From an uncultured Acidobacteriota bacterium (GTDB taxonomy: Bacteria > Acidobacteriota > Vicinamibacteria > Vicinamibacterales > Fen-181): DNA of 64,000 bases. The stretch lies in the NCBI GenBank assembly GCA_963844875.1, contig CAWJPZ010000005.1, positions 24,681-88,680 of the forward strand, given 5' to 3'. Made by a program: the position numbers and the translations under genes. Positions 29,673 to 38,529 of the stretch are shown here, piece after piece. How positions within the stretch are numbered: position 1 is the first letter of the stretch; every line of letters begins with the position of its first letter. Under the pieces are notes generated by a model. That model did not search any database. It was not told the DNA's origin and saw only the letters and a list, made by a program, of their open reading frames with translations.

Positions 29673-29694
29673 GCACGGGGCTTCAGCCCCGTGC
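29673..29694 (-). terminator. Stem-loop just downstream of the preceding minus-strand gene
   Basis: GCACGGGGC-TTCA-GCCCCGTGC is a perfect 9-bp stem, 5 nt after the stop at 29699. There is no U-tract. Confidence 0.45.
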
Positions 29695-29698
29695 CCGA

Positions 29699-30617
29699 TC
29701 ACTCCTTCGGCGCGGCCGCGAGGTGGAGCGTGACCTCGAGCCGGACGCCCGTCACCGTCACCCTCCCGAACTTGTTCTCGTAGTCCTTGAATACCAGCTT
29801 CGTGGGCGTGGTCGTCACCGGCTTGAGATACTTGTCCAGGTTCTGCTGGATGTTGGCGAACGCCTTCCTGGCCGACGCGGCATCCGGGTAGGTCACGAGG
29901 ACGAGCGTCGTCTTGCCGGCGGCATCCTTGTAGTCGGCCGCGACTGCCGCGACCTTTCCGTTCAACAGCAGGATGTCGTCGTCGCCGAGCGTGTAGAGGG
30001 ACTGCAGGCCGAATGGTCCCCTGATGAGCCGTTCGGACCCGGCGACCAGTCCCGCCGCAGGGAGCGCCTTCAACTCGGGCGGCACCCGGTCGGGCGGCAG
30101 CCTGGCCGCCACCGCGCTGCCGAAGGCGACCAGCGCCGGCTGCATCTGGTCGGCGCCCGAGAGGTTGTTGATCGTGACGTAGTAGCGCTCGCGCACGAAC
30201 ATCAACTGGTGGCGGTTGATCGGTGTGGCGCGCCTTGAAGGCGGCGTCGGGCGTCTCCTTGCCGCGCTTCATCAGGTAGATGCCGGTCGCCGCCGCCGGG
30301 TCGGTCATCCGGTAGATTTCGACGGCGAACTCGTTCGCCCCGTTGCGGTACTTCTGCAGCGTCAGCTGATCGAACCCCAACTCCAGAAACAGTTCGGCCC
30401 CGCCGTCGATGTAGCCGTAGAGATCCGCCTTCGTGAAGACGCGGGGGTTGTCGGCCTTCTTCCAGCCTGCCACCGCCGCGTCGGCCGGCAACAGCGCCGA
30501 ATCGCCCGTCGGACGGGCGGACGCCTGCGCGTCGGGCATGACCGGGTCCGCTGACGTGGACCGAACGGCCACGCTCAGAACCGCCAGGACGCTCACCGTG
30601 CACAGCAATCGCCGCAT
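29699..30617 (-). pseudogene. Secreted hypothetical protein; one frameshift
   Basis: It has the signal peptide MRRLLCTVSVLAVLSVAVRSTSA and conserved-looking LYGYIDGGAELFLELGFDQ. The shift near 30205-30215 joins ORF 29541..30617 to ORF 29699..30205. Confidence 0.6.
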
Positions 30618-30637
30618 CCTTGTCTCCGACTCCCCTC

Positions 30638-30658
30638 GGGCAGGCGGGACGCCTGCCC
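30638..30658 (-). terminator. Stem-loop downstream of the DUF362 gene
   Basis: GGGCAGGCG-GGA-CGCCTGCCC is a perfect 9-bp stem in the 121-nt gap. Confidence 0.4.
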
Positions 30659-30738
30659 CACCGACCCTTGGTGCGTCCCGCCTTCGCGCTTCGCGCTACG
30701 GCGGCCGAGCAGTCCCGACCCCTCATCGTCGGATCCGA

Positions 30739-32026
30739 CTACACCTTCACGATGTGCATCTTCTCCGCCGCGACCACGCCGAGGCCCAGCGTCTCCGCGT
30801 AGCGCAGGTACTCGGTGATCCGCGGGCTCTCGTTGACGGTCACGCCCATTTCCTTCCGCTTCGCGTTGATCTCCTGGTGGCAGAGCATGTCCAGCGCGAA
30901 CGGGTCGGTGGCGAAGTAGAGGGAGTGGTTGTCGTAGACGAACTGGGCGTTCTTGTCGGGGCCGCCGTCGTACTGCGCGCGCAGGCCGTCGGTGATGTTC
31001 AGCGCGAGCTTGTCGCGCAGGACCGGCGCCGCCAGCACCTCGGTGTTCACCTTCAAGCGACAGCGGCGCGTGCAGCCGGCCGGTGTTGCAGACCGCCCCG
31101 TAGCCCAGGTTCTTGGTGGCCATCGAGATCGACGGCGCCGGTGTTCTTGAACGCGGCCACGTTGATGATGCGGGTCAGCTTCTTGGTCAGCAGCTTCCCG
31201 AAGTACGAGTACTCGCCGTTGAACACGTGCTGGTTCACGTAGAACTCGTCGTTCTTGTAGCCCTTCACGCCCTTGCCGACGATGCCCTTGGCGAAGTAGA
31301 AGACGTCCTTGTCGAAGTTGTCGATGGACACGTGCTTGCCGTCCGGTCCGCGCCACTTGTTGCCCGCTTCGTCCATCGTCTGCAGGCCTTCGAGGGCGAT
31401 GCCGGGGAAGCGGTCCTTGGTGAAGCCGGCGTCCTTCAGCATGTAGTCGAAGCGGTCCCAGATGACGATGTTCGACTTGGGGATGCCGTTGTCCACGAGC
31501 CACTTGATCACGGCGTCGACGACTTCGGGCCGGGTGTTGATGAGCGGCGGACCGACCGGGTTCACCTTGATCCCGACGACGTCGCGCGGGTCGATGAGGA
31601 GCCGGAACGACTCGTTCATCGGCTTGCCCGGTCAGCGTGGCGATGCCCTTGGCCGACCATCTCGTCGATGACCTTGCCGTCGAAGCTTGGCGTTGCCTCC
31701 GGCTTCTGCGCAGCAGGCGCGGGCGGCTCTCCCGCCTTGGCGGCCGGTGCCGAGGGCGGCGTCCACTTCTCGGGGACAGACCGCGCGTCGGTGACCTTCA
31801 CGACCCTGCCGGGGAAGGGGCCGGGCAGCGAGCGCGCCGTCTTCGGGACCTTGGTGAAGTCCCCGATGTTCGTTTCGACGGGGGCCGCCGGCTGCGGTGT
31901 CTGGCCGAAGCCAGGCCCGGCGAGCACGAGGCCGCCGGCGGCGGCGGCCGACGCCGCACCGATCGACTTCACGAATTCGCGGCGGTTGCACCCCGGGGCC
32001 AGGTCCATCGAGCGGTAACGCTTCAT
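30739..32026 (-). pseudogene. Tat-signal DUF362 domain protein; at least 3 frameshifts
   Basis: It has a twin-arginine leader [32 protein letters not shown]. The DUF362-like core is VVGIKVNPVG...INVAAFKNTG...ATKNLGYGAVCN...DGLRAQYDGGP. Shifts lie near 31640, 31125 and 31060. Confidence 0.65.
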
Positions 32027-32048
32027 CGTGTCTTCCTTTCGTTTGCCC

Positions 32049-32163
32049 GGCTTCGGGCTGCCACCTTCCGGCTTCGGGCCGCGTCAGGCATCGGGCAAAT
32101 GGTTGCGGCGCTGTCGGCCCTGTCTTCCGCCGGCCGGAAGCCGAGAGCCGGAGGCCTGGAGCC
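32049..32163. repeat. 7-nt-periodic array, GGCTTCN family, inverted arms around a ~50-nt centre
   Basis: GGCTTCG GGCTGCC ACCTTCC GGCTTCG GGCCGCG TCAGGCA ... GCCGGAA GCCGAGA GCCGGAG GCCTGGA GCC. It fills the gap between the polyferredoxin stop and the DUF362 start. Confidence 0.8.
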
Positions 32164-33865
32164 TATCGTTTCGGTGCCGGGGGCAGGATGAACTGGTTCG
32201 TCTTCGAGCGCGTTTCGCCGACGCTGGTGACATAGACGGCCGGCCGGTCCTTCACCGGGCAGGCGAACTCGCACGCGCCGCAGCCGATGCAGCGCTTGGC
32301 ATCGACCGCCGGCCGCCGGACCGTCTTCGTCTTCCCGTCCGCGTCCACCACGTCGGCGCTGGCGAGGTACGATGGCCTTCGGCGAGGTCGGGCAGCACTC
32401 CTCGCAGACGATGCAGTCGGTGGCCATCGCCCACGGCAGGCAGCGGCCCTGGTCGTAGAACGCCGTGCCGATCCTGATCGGGTTGCCGCCGGATCGGCGT
32501 GGGGCCGGGATTGCGGACCGGTCGCGGTTGCTCCGCCGGGAGGCTCTGCCAGCTTCTCGCCTCGGTGATCTTCTGGATGGCGCCGGTCGGGCAGACCTGG
32601 CCGCAGAGCACGCAGGTGGGCTCGCAGTAGCCGATGCGCGGCATGAGGATCGGCGTCCAGAGCCCCTCGATGCCGGCTTCGAAGAACGCCGGGTGCAGCG
32701 CGTTGTTCGGGCACACCTTCATGCACTCGCCGCAGCGGATGCAGCGCTCGAGGAAGTGCGGCTCCTCGAGCGCGCCCGGCGGCCGGATCAGGCGCGAGTC
32801 GGTTCCGACGTCGAGCCGGTCGGCGATGCGCAGCAGCGGCACGAGCGCGGCGCCGGCGGCGACGCCGGCGAGCAGCTTGCGGCGCTGCAGCTGCGGCGCT
32901 CGAGCGTGGTCGCGGCCGACGGCAGCGAGCCGAAGCGGAACGCGATGCCGTCCGTGGGGCAGTCGCCCACGCAGTTCAGGCACAGGTGGCACTCGTCCTT
33001 CCGCCACTTCGCCGCCGGGGATCGGGTCGTCGCCGCCCTGGCAGTGCAGCAGGCAGCGGTTGCAGTCGTCGCACGCGGCCTGGTCCTTCTCCAGGCTGGA
33101 CCAGCGACCAGCGCGAGACACGCCGAGCAACGCGCCGAGCGGGCAGAGGGCGCGGCACCAGAACCGCGTGACGCGCAGGTTGAGGGCGAGCAGCCCGATG
33201 AAGATGGCGCCGAGGAAGAACGCCTGCCGGAAGTGCGGCTGCTTGAAGCTGACGAGCGTCGCCCTGCAGCACGAACTGCGCCGCGTCCGCGGCGAAGCGG
33301 ACCGGCTGCCAGGGGCTGTCGTACCACGACGTCGAGCAGCGCGCCCGAGGCGTAGTTCACGCCCGGGAAGATCGACAGCCGCCAGCGAACGGACGCGTCA
33401 GCGAGATCGGGTCGAGCAGCCCGGCGAGCAGCGAGCCGAAGACCGCCGCCAGCAGCACCGCTGCCAGCACGTAGTACTTCACGGCCTGCCACGGCTTGTA
33501 GCGGTTCGAGTCGAGCAGCGCCTTTCCGCGCTTCTTCTCGGACTTGAAGCTCCCGAAGAAGTGGTGCAGCGTGCCGAGCGGGCAGACCCAGCCGCAGAAG
33601 AAGCGGCCGAGGACGAACGTCGGCACCAGGATCGACCAGGCTCCACAGCAGGCCGCGGTAGAGGGTGTGCGTGGAGATGCGCGGTCGCCATCGCGGCCAG
33701 CGGGTCGGCCTCGAGGAAGATCGAGACGGGCCACGGCAGCCGGACCTGTCCGGACGCCCCGCGGAACGAGCCCGTGAACTCGGACCGGAAGAGCAGGAAC
33801 AGGAACGCCGCGAGGAACACGATCTGCGAGACGCGGCGCACGACGGACAGGTGGGGACGCTGCAT
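32163..33865 (-). pseudogene. Membrane polyferredoxin, NapH-like N-terminal half fused to a NapG-like 4x[4Fe-4S] half; at least 9 frameshifts
   Basis: It has TM segments with two CX3CP motifs (FCGWVCPLGTL, WCRALCPLGAL). It also has CDDCNRCLLHC, CHLCLNCVGDCP, an internal RRKLLAGVAAGAALVPLL, then [30 protein letters not shown] and [12 protein letters not shown]. These motifs are spread over several frames. Confidence 0.65.
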
Positions 33866-33868
33866 AGG

Positions 33869-34852
33869 CTACACGGTACCACGCTTGGTCCGGACCTCCT
33901 CGAAGTTCGCCTTGCCGAGGCCGCGGGCCTGGGCGATGCGGAGGAACGGCAGGCGCTGATGGTCGAGGTCCCACCACGCCTTGGCGGCGTAGGATCGAGC
34001 GCGACCGGGTCGGTGCCGGCGAGCAGCGTCTTCTTCACCTCCACGTCGGCCAGGCTGCCTCCCGTCGGCCCGCCGCGCATCAGGACCCGGTAGGCGTCGA
34101 TGATCGTGAGCGTCGGCCGGGCGAAGGCGGTCAGGTCGACCAGGCTCTCGTTGATGCGCTGGTGCAGGCGGCTGCGCTGGCCGCCGATGATCCCGTAGAA
34201 GTTCTTCATGCCGAGCGTGCACGCCGGTCAGGCTGTGGTGCTTGGCGATCGGCAGGTTGATGACCTTGTCGGCGTTCAGAAACGGCTCGAGCACCGGCCA
34301 CGTCGGTCAGCACCTCGCCGCCCAGGTTGACCTGCTTGAACCGGCGCTCGTCGGGCAGGATCACCTCGGCGCCCGCGGCCTTCGCGGCCGCGGCGATCCC
34401 GCTGCGCTCGAAGCACACGCGGGGGTCGTTGCAGCTCATGTCGGTCACGATGACCCGCCTGGCGCCGGCGTCGAGGCACAGGCGGACGACCTCCGCGACG
34501 ACAGCCGGGTTGGTGTTCGCCGCCTGCTCGGGCGCGCGGTCCCAGCCGATGTTCGGCTTGACGACGACGATGTCGCCGCGGGCGATGAAGCGGCGCATGC
34601 CGCCGAGTTCCTCGAGCGCGCGGCGGACCAGGCCTCGGGCGAGCCGCCCTGTGCCACCACCATCTCGGGCAGGCCGGGGTCGGCGGGCACGCCCGTCCGG
34701 CGGCTGGCGACCAGGACTTCCGATTCCTTCGGCCGCTCGCTGCGCCAGCTGAGCCACCCGGCCGCGCCGACAGTGGCAGCGCTCAGGCCTCCGAGCCGCA
34801 GCACGCGCAGCATGAACTCGCGGCGGTCCGCCGCGGGTGTGTCACTCGCCAT
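33869..34852 (-). pseudogene. Tat-signal DUF362 domain protein (second copy); at least 4 frameshifts
   Basis: It has the leader MASDTPAADRREFMLRVLRLGG. The core is IVVVKPNIGWDR...RVIVTDMSCND...INLPIAKHHSLTG...MKNFYGIIGG...TIIDAYRVLMRGGPTGG. The stop lies 3 nt before the polyferredoxin ATG. Confidence 0.65.
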
Positions 34853-35009
34853 CGGTCGGTGCTCCAGGGGCAGAGCCGAACGGGGGTTCCAGGTTCAAGG
34901 CCCAACATTCTACCGGTGTTGCTGTGCCTTTCGCGCGCGATTCAGCCAGGAGCTTCGGCGCGAGGCGTCGCGAGTTCGAGGGGGGCGCAACGGGTGAGCT
35001 AGCCGCCGT

Positions 35010-35096
35010 CAATGCACAATGCATAATGCCCAGCGCAGAATGCACAACGCGCAAAGGCCCTTCCTTCTTGCATTGTGCATTTTGCATTGTGCATTC
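35010..35096. repeat. 7-nt-periodic AT-richer array (NAATGCA family) forming a long hairpin
   Basis: CAATGCA CAATGCA TAATGCC CAGCGCA GAATGCA CAACGCG ... TCTTGCA TTGTGCA TTTTGCA TTGTGCA. The outer arms match at 19 of 20 positions. It lies just downstream of the FKBP gene stop at 35115. Confidence 0.8.
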
Positions 35097-35114
35097 GGTA
35101 TCCGTCGCCCCCCG

Positions 35115-35879
35115 TTACCGGCCTGCTGCCGCGGACGTCGGTACGACGTAGGTGTAGCCGCCGGCCAAGGTCGCGCTCAAACCTTCGGGATTGATCACCA
35201 CGACGTCCACGGCGCCCGCAGTGTGCGCAGGGGTGGTGGCCGTGAGTTTCGTGCTGCTCACCAGCGTCACGTTCGTTGCGGCGGCGCCGCCGATGGTCAC
35301 CGCGAAGCCGCTCGTGAACTCGGTGCCGGTGATGGTGACGGTCGTGCCGCCGCCCGTCGGTCCCGAGGCCGGCTCGATCCCGCTGATCGTCGGGGTCACG
35401 CTGATGCCGACCAGCTCGATGTCGAAGATCAGCGTCGCGTTCGGCGGGATCGACGCGTACCGGTTCGCCCCGTAGGCATCGGACGGCGGAAGGACGAGGC
35501 GGCGCTGCCCGCCGACCTTCATGCCGACTACGCCCTTATCCCACCCCGTGATGACCGACCCGCTCCCGAGCTGGAAGACCAGCGGGGACTTGCCGACGGT
35601 CGTGTCGAACACGAGTCCCTTCTTGTCGGTCTTGTTGATGTCGTAGAACCAGCCGGTGTACCTCACGACCACCACGCTGCCGCTCACGGCCTCGGCGCCG
35701 GTGCCGACGAGCAGGTCGGTCTGACTGTATTCGGGGCTCGACGGCGTCACGGGAGTGTTGTCGCACCCGCCGGCCGCGACAGCCAGGGCGACCACCGATG
35801 CGAGCACGAGGACCGGACGGAACAAACCACTCAGTTTCACGGAACTTCTCCGGGCAAAGGGCAGGCGCCCGATTGTCAC
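35115..35879 (-). CDS. Lipoprotein: FKBP-type peptidyl-prolyl isomerase fused to a C-terminal IPT/TIG domain
   Basis: It has the lipobox LAVAAGGC and the FKBP core VVVVRYTGWF...GSGSVITGWDKGVVGMKVGGQRRLVLPPSDAYG. This is followed by PTISGIEPASGPTGGGTTVTITGTEF..., which is IPT-like. Confidence 0.75.
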   Translation of the reverse strand: MTIGRLPFARRSSVKLSGLFRPVLVLASVVALAVAAGGCDNTPVTPSSPEYSQTDLLVGTGAEAVSGSVVVVRYTGWFYDINKTDKKGLVFDTTVGKSPLVFQLGSGSVITGWDKGVVGMKVGGQRRLVLPPSDAYGANRYASIPPNATLIFDIELVGISVTPTISGIEPASGPTGGGTTVTITGTEFTSGFAVTIGGAAATNVTLVSSTKLTATTPAHTAGAVDVVVINPEGLSATLAGGYTYVVPTSAAAGR

Positions 35880-35883
35880 AGGC

Positions 35884-37026
35884 TCAACGGGTCAGGCGGA
35901 ACCGCACCCCGCCGACGAAGTACAGAAGCGTTTCATCCAGGCTGCCTTCGCCACCGGCCCTGGGTGAGCCTTGCAGCGTGGCCCGTCCCGCCTCCGCGTA
36001 CACGCCCCACTGGCGCTTGACCCAGATGTCGATGCCACCGCCGGCAATCCAGCCCCACCCTCCGGTCTGGAGGTTGAAGACCTGCGTGCCGCCGGGGAAG
36101 ACGACTTCCTCGCCGTTCACCGTCGCGACATACGGGTTGACCGACTCCGTGGTCTGGAAGTTCGAGCGCTGGTAGGTGAAGCCGCCTTCGGCGTAGAGCC
36201 GGACCCGTCCGGTCGGGATGGCGATCTTGCCGCCGACCGTGGCCACGTTGGGCCGAAGGGTGGTCGTGAAACGGTAGCCGCTCCCGCCGCCGGTCGCCTT
36301 CATCTCCAGCGGTTTCAGGTAGCTGCCGGTGACCGCCAGGAAGCGGCCCAGCCAGAAATCGCCGCCCATGCGGAACGTCAAAGCATACGCGTTGGAGGAG
36401 CAGCTGCCGACGCCCTGACCACACGCGACCGCACCGGAGTGCCCGTACTTGCCCGCGCCGAGGCCGCCGAACAGGACCAGCCCGACCGGGAGCGGGAACT
36501 CGGGCCCGCCGCCGGTCTCGGGGCGGGCGTTGGGATCCAGCCAGTTCGCGGGGGCCGGCCCCTGCCGGATCCATACCGCCTGGACCTGCTCGGCGGCATC
36601 GACGACGAGCGTGGTGATGCTGGTGACCGAGAACATGCCGAACAGCTCCCGGCGGGTGCAGCCGGCGGCCGGCGTCGGCGGCTGCCAACCGGCTTCCACC
36701 AGCCAGACGTGCCGGGCCTTCTCGCACACGTCGACGAAGACCCGGACGGACATCTCGGTCTTGCCGCCGCTCTTGGCGTTCCGGGCAGCGAGCATGTCGA
36801 GCGGAAGTTTCGCGACGCCGTCCGCGTCGGACGTCGCGGTCTTCAGCGGGGTGGCGTTCACCCCTACCTCGACCGCCGTGCCCGGCGTCGTCTTCGTCAC
36901 GATTACGGTCTGCGCGGTCGCCGCCGCCGCCCCGATCACGATGAGTGCGGCTGCGAGCATCAGCGGCCGCCAGGATACCGTCATGCGTTCCTCCCCCTGC
37001 GATGGTCTTGGCAGGGAACCCTTCAT
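35884..37026 (-). CDS. Outer-membrane beta-barrel protein with an N-terminal extra domain
   Basis: It has the signal peptide ...LMLAAALIVIGAAAATAQ (the start may be 36984). The C-terminal half has alternating Gly/aromatic beta-strand patterns. The family is not identified. Confidence 0.5.
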   Translation of the reverse strand: MKGSLPRPSQGEERMTVSWRPLMLAAALIVIGAAAATAQTVIVTKTTPGTAVEVGVNATPLKTATSDADGVAKLPLDMLAARNAKSGGKTEMSVRVFVDVCEKARHVWLVEAGWQPPTPAAGCTRRELFGMFSVTSITTLVVDAAEQVQAVWIRQGPAPANWLDPNARPETGGGPEFPLPVGLVLFGGLGAGKYGHSGAVACGQGVGSCSSNAYALTFRMGGDFWLGRFLAVTGSYLKPLEMKATGGGSGYRFTTTLRPNVATVGGKIAIPTGRVRLYAEGGFTYQRSNFQTTESVNPYVATVNGEEVVFPGGTQVFNLQTGGWGWIAGGGIDIWVKRQWGVYAEAGRATLQGSPRAGGEGSLDETLLYFVGGVRFRLTR

Positions 37027-37074
37027 GTTACCTCAACATAGACGCCGCAAGGTCTCCGCTGGCCTTGCAGCGAC

Positions 37075-38406
37075 TCACGCCGTCAGGCGAGCGACCCGGA
37101 ACCGCCAGACCATCACCAGCGTCACGCCGATCACGATCAAGCCGGAAGACAGGCCCACCCAGAGGCCGACGACACCCCAACCCGCCCCGAAGCACAGGGC
37201 GTAGCCGATGGGGAGGCCGAAGAACCAGTGGCCGGCGAGGTTGCTGAGCATGGGTGTCCGGGTGTCACCGAGCCCCCGGAGCACGCCGGTCGAGACGCCT
37301 TGCAGCCCGTCGAAGATCTGGAACATCGCCGCCACCAGCAGCAGCCGCCGGCAGGTCGCGAACACCGATTGATCGGAGGTGAAGGCCCCGACGAGCTGGC
37401 GCGGCAACAGGATGAACGCCGCGGCGGCAATCGTCATGAACCCCGCGCCAAGTGCCAGCGCCACCCAGCCGGAGCGTGCCGCGGCGTGGGCGTCACGACG
37501 GCCCACCGCGTGTCCCACGCGGACCGCGCCCGCCGAGGCGACGCCGAGCGGCACCATGAAGGTGAGGCTGGCGAGCTGGAACACGATCTGGTGCGACGCG
37601 AGCGAGACCGCGTCCAGGCGGCCTGCGAACGCGCTCGCTGCGGCGAAGACCCCCAGTTCGAGGGTCAGTTGCGTCGCGGCCGGCAACCCCAGCCTGAGAA
37701 GCCGCACCAGGCTCCGCTTCTTGGGCCGCCAGCGGATGCTGAGCGCCCTGACATCGTGCCGGCGATCGTAGAGGACGACCGCGACGAGCAGGGCGCCCGC
37801 GAGGTAAACCCTCGAGACGAGCGTCGCGACGGCCGAGCCGGTGGTGCCCATGGCGGGGAGGCCGAGGTGTCCGAAGACCAGCGCCCAGGCGGCCAGCGCG
37901 TTGATGATGTTTGCCGAGACGAGCGCGAAGGTCACCGGCTTGACGATCCCGAGCGCCTGGAGGTAGCGGCGGAACGACGCGTACAGCAAGAGCGGCAGCA
38001 GGCTCCACGTGATGACCCGCAGGTAGGGGCCGGTCAGCGCCAGCACCTCGGGCGTCAAGCCCCACCCGGGCAGGAGGGCGATGGCCGCGAAGGCGACGGC
38101 GGTCAGCACCGGAGCGGTGATCAGGCTGAGCAGGATCCCGTGAAGCAGCCACCGGTGGCATTCGTCCAGCCGCCCGGCGCCGAACGCGTGGGAGACCAGC
38201 GTGTCGAGGCCGAGGAGGAGGCCCATCCCGAAGACGGCGAGCGCGAGGAAGAGGATGTTGCCGATGCCGACGGCACCGATCGCCGCGGGCCCGAGAGGCC
38301 CGACGATGATGGTGTCCACGATTCCCATGCTGACCCAGCCAATCTCGGCGAGGACCACGGGGCCCGCGAGCGCGAGCATCGGCCGGAGTTCGTCGCGAAA
38401 CGTCAC
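37075..38406 (-). CDS. MATE family efflux transporter
   Basis: This is the C-terminal ~440 aa of the artefactual 995-aa ORF. It has 12 TM segments and MATE-like sequence (LALAGPVVLAEIGWVSMGIVDTIIVG...). The GTG start at 38406 is uncertain. Confidence 0.75.
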   Translation of the reverse strand: MTFRDELRPMLALAGPVVLAEIGWVSMGIVDTIIVGPLGPAAIGAVGIGNILFLALAVFGMGLLLGLDTLVSHAFGAGRLDECHRWLLHGILLSLITAPVLTAVAFAAIALLPGWGLTPEVLALTGPYLRVITWSLLPLLLYASFRRYLQALGIVKPVTFALVSANIINALAAWALVFGHLGLPAMGTTGSAVATLVSRVYLAGALLVAVVLYDRRHDVRALSIRWRPKKRSLVRLLRLGLPAATQLTLELGVFAAASAFAGRLDAVSLASHQIVFQLASLTFMVPLGVASAGAVRVGHAVGRRDAHAAARSGWVALALGAGFMTIAAAAFILLPRQLVGAFTSDQSVFATCRRLLLVAAMFQIFDGLQGVSTGVLRGLGDTRTPMLSNLAGHWFFGLPIGYALCFGAGWGVVGLWVGLSSGLIVIGVTLVMVWRFRVARLTA

Positions 38407-38488
38407 AGGAGAGCAACTATAACAGGCGCCGGTGAGCGCTGGACGACGCGCGTCGCCCCGCAGGCCGGCACGCGGGACGCGGCTGGGA

Positions 38489-38494
38489 TACAAT
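38489..38494 (+). promoter_or_regulatory. Candidate -10 box TACAAT
   Basis: gggaTACAATccg lies 35 nt before ATG 38530, and an AGGAG ribosome-binding site follows. Confidence 0.3.
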
Positions 38495-38529
38495 CCGACC
38501 GTTGATCCAGCCCTCCTCCAGGAGTTGAC

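Noticed and set aside
29431-29783. Small plus-strand ORFs (61 and 114 aa) in the hydrogenase upstream region
   Set aside because: They lie in an AT-rich non-coding-looking stretch with poor GC3 and no ribosome-binding site. They overlap the terminator hairpin and the 3' end of the minus-strand gene.
25000-34900. Programmed ribosomal frameshifting or recoding as an explanation for the broken genes
   Set aside because: There are dozens of shifts in both directions with no shared slippery heptamer or downstream structure. They are scattered through membrane-protein cores. Sequencing or assembly indels, or recent decay, are far more plausible.
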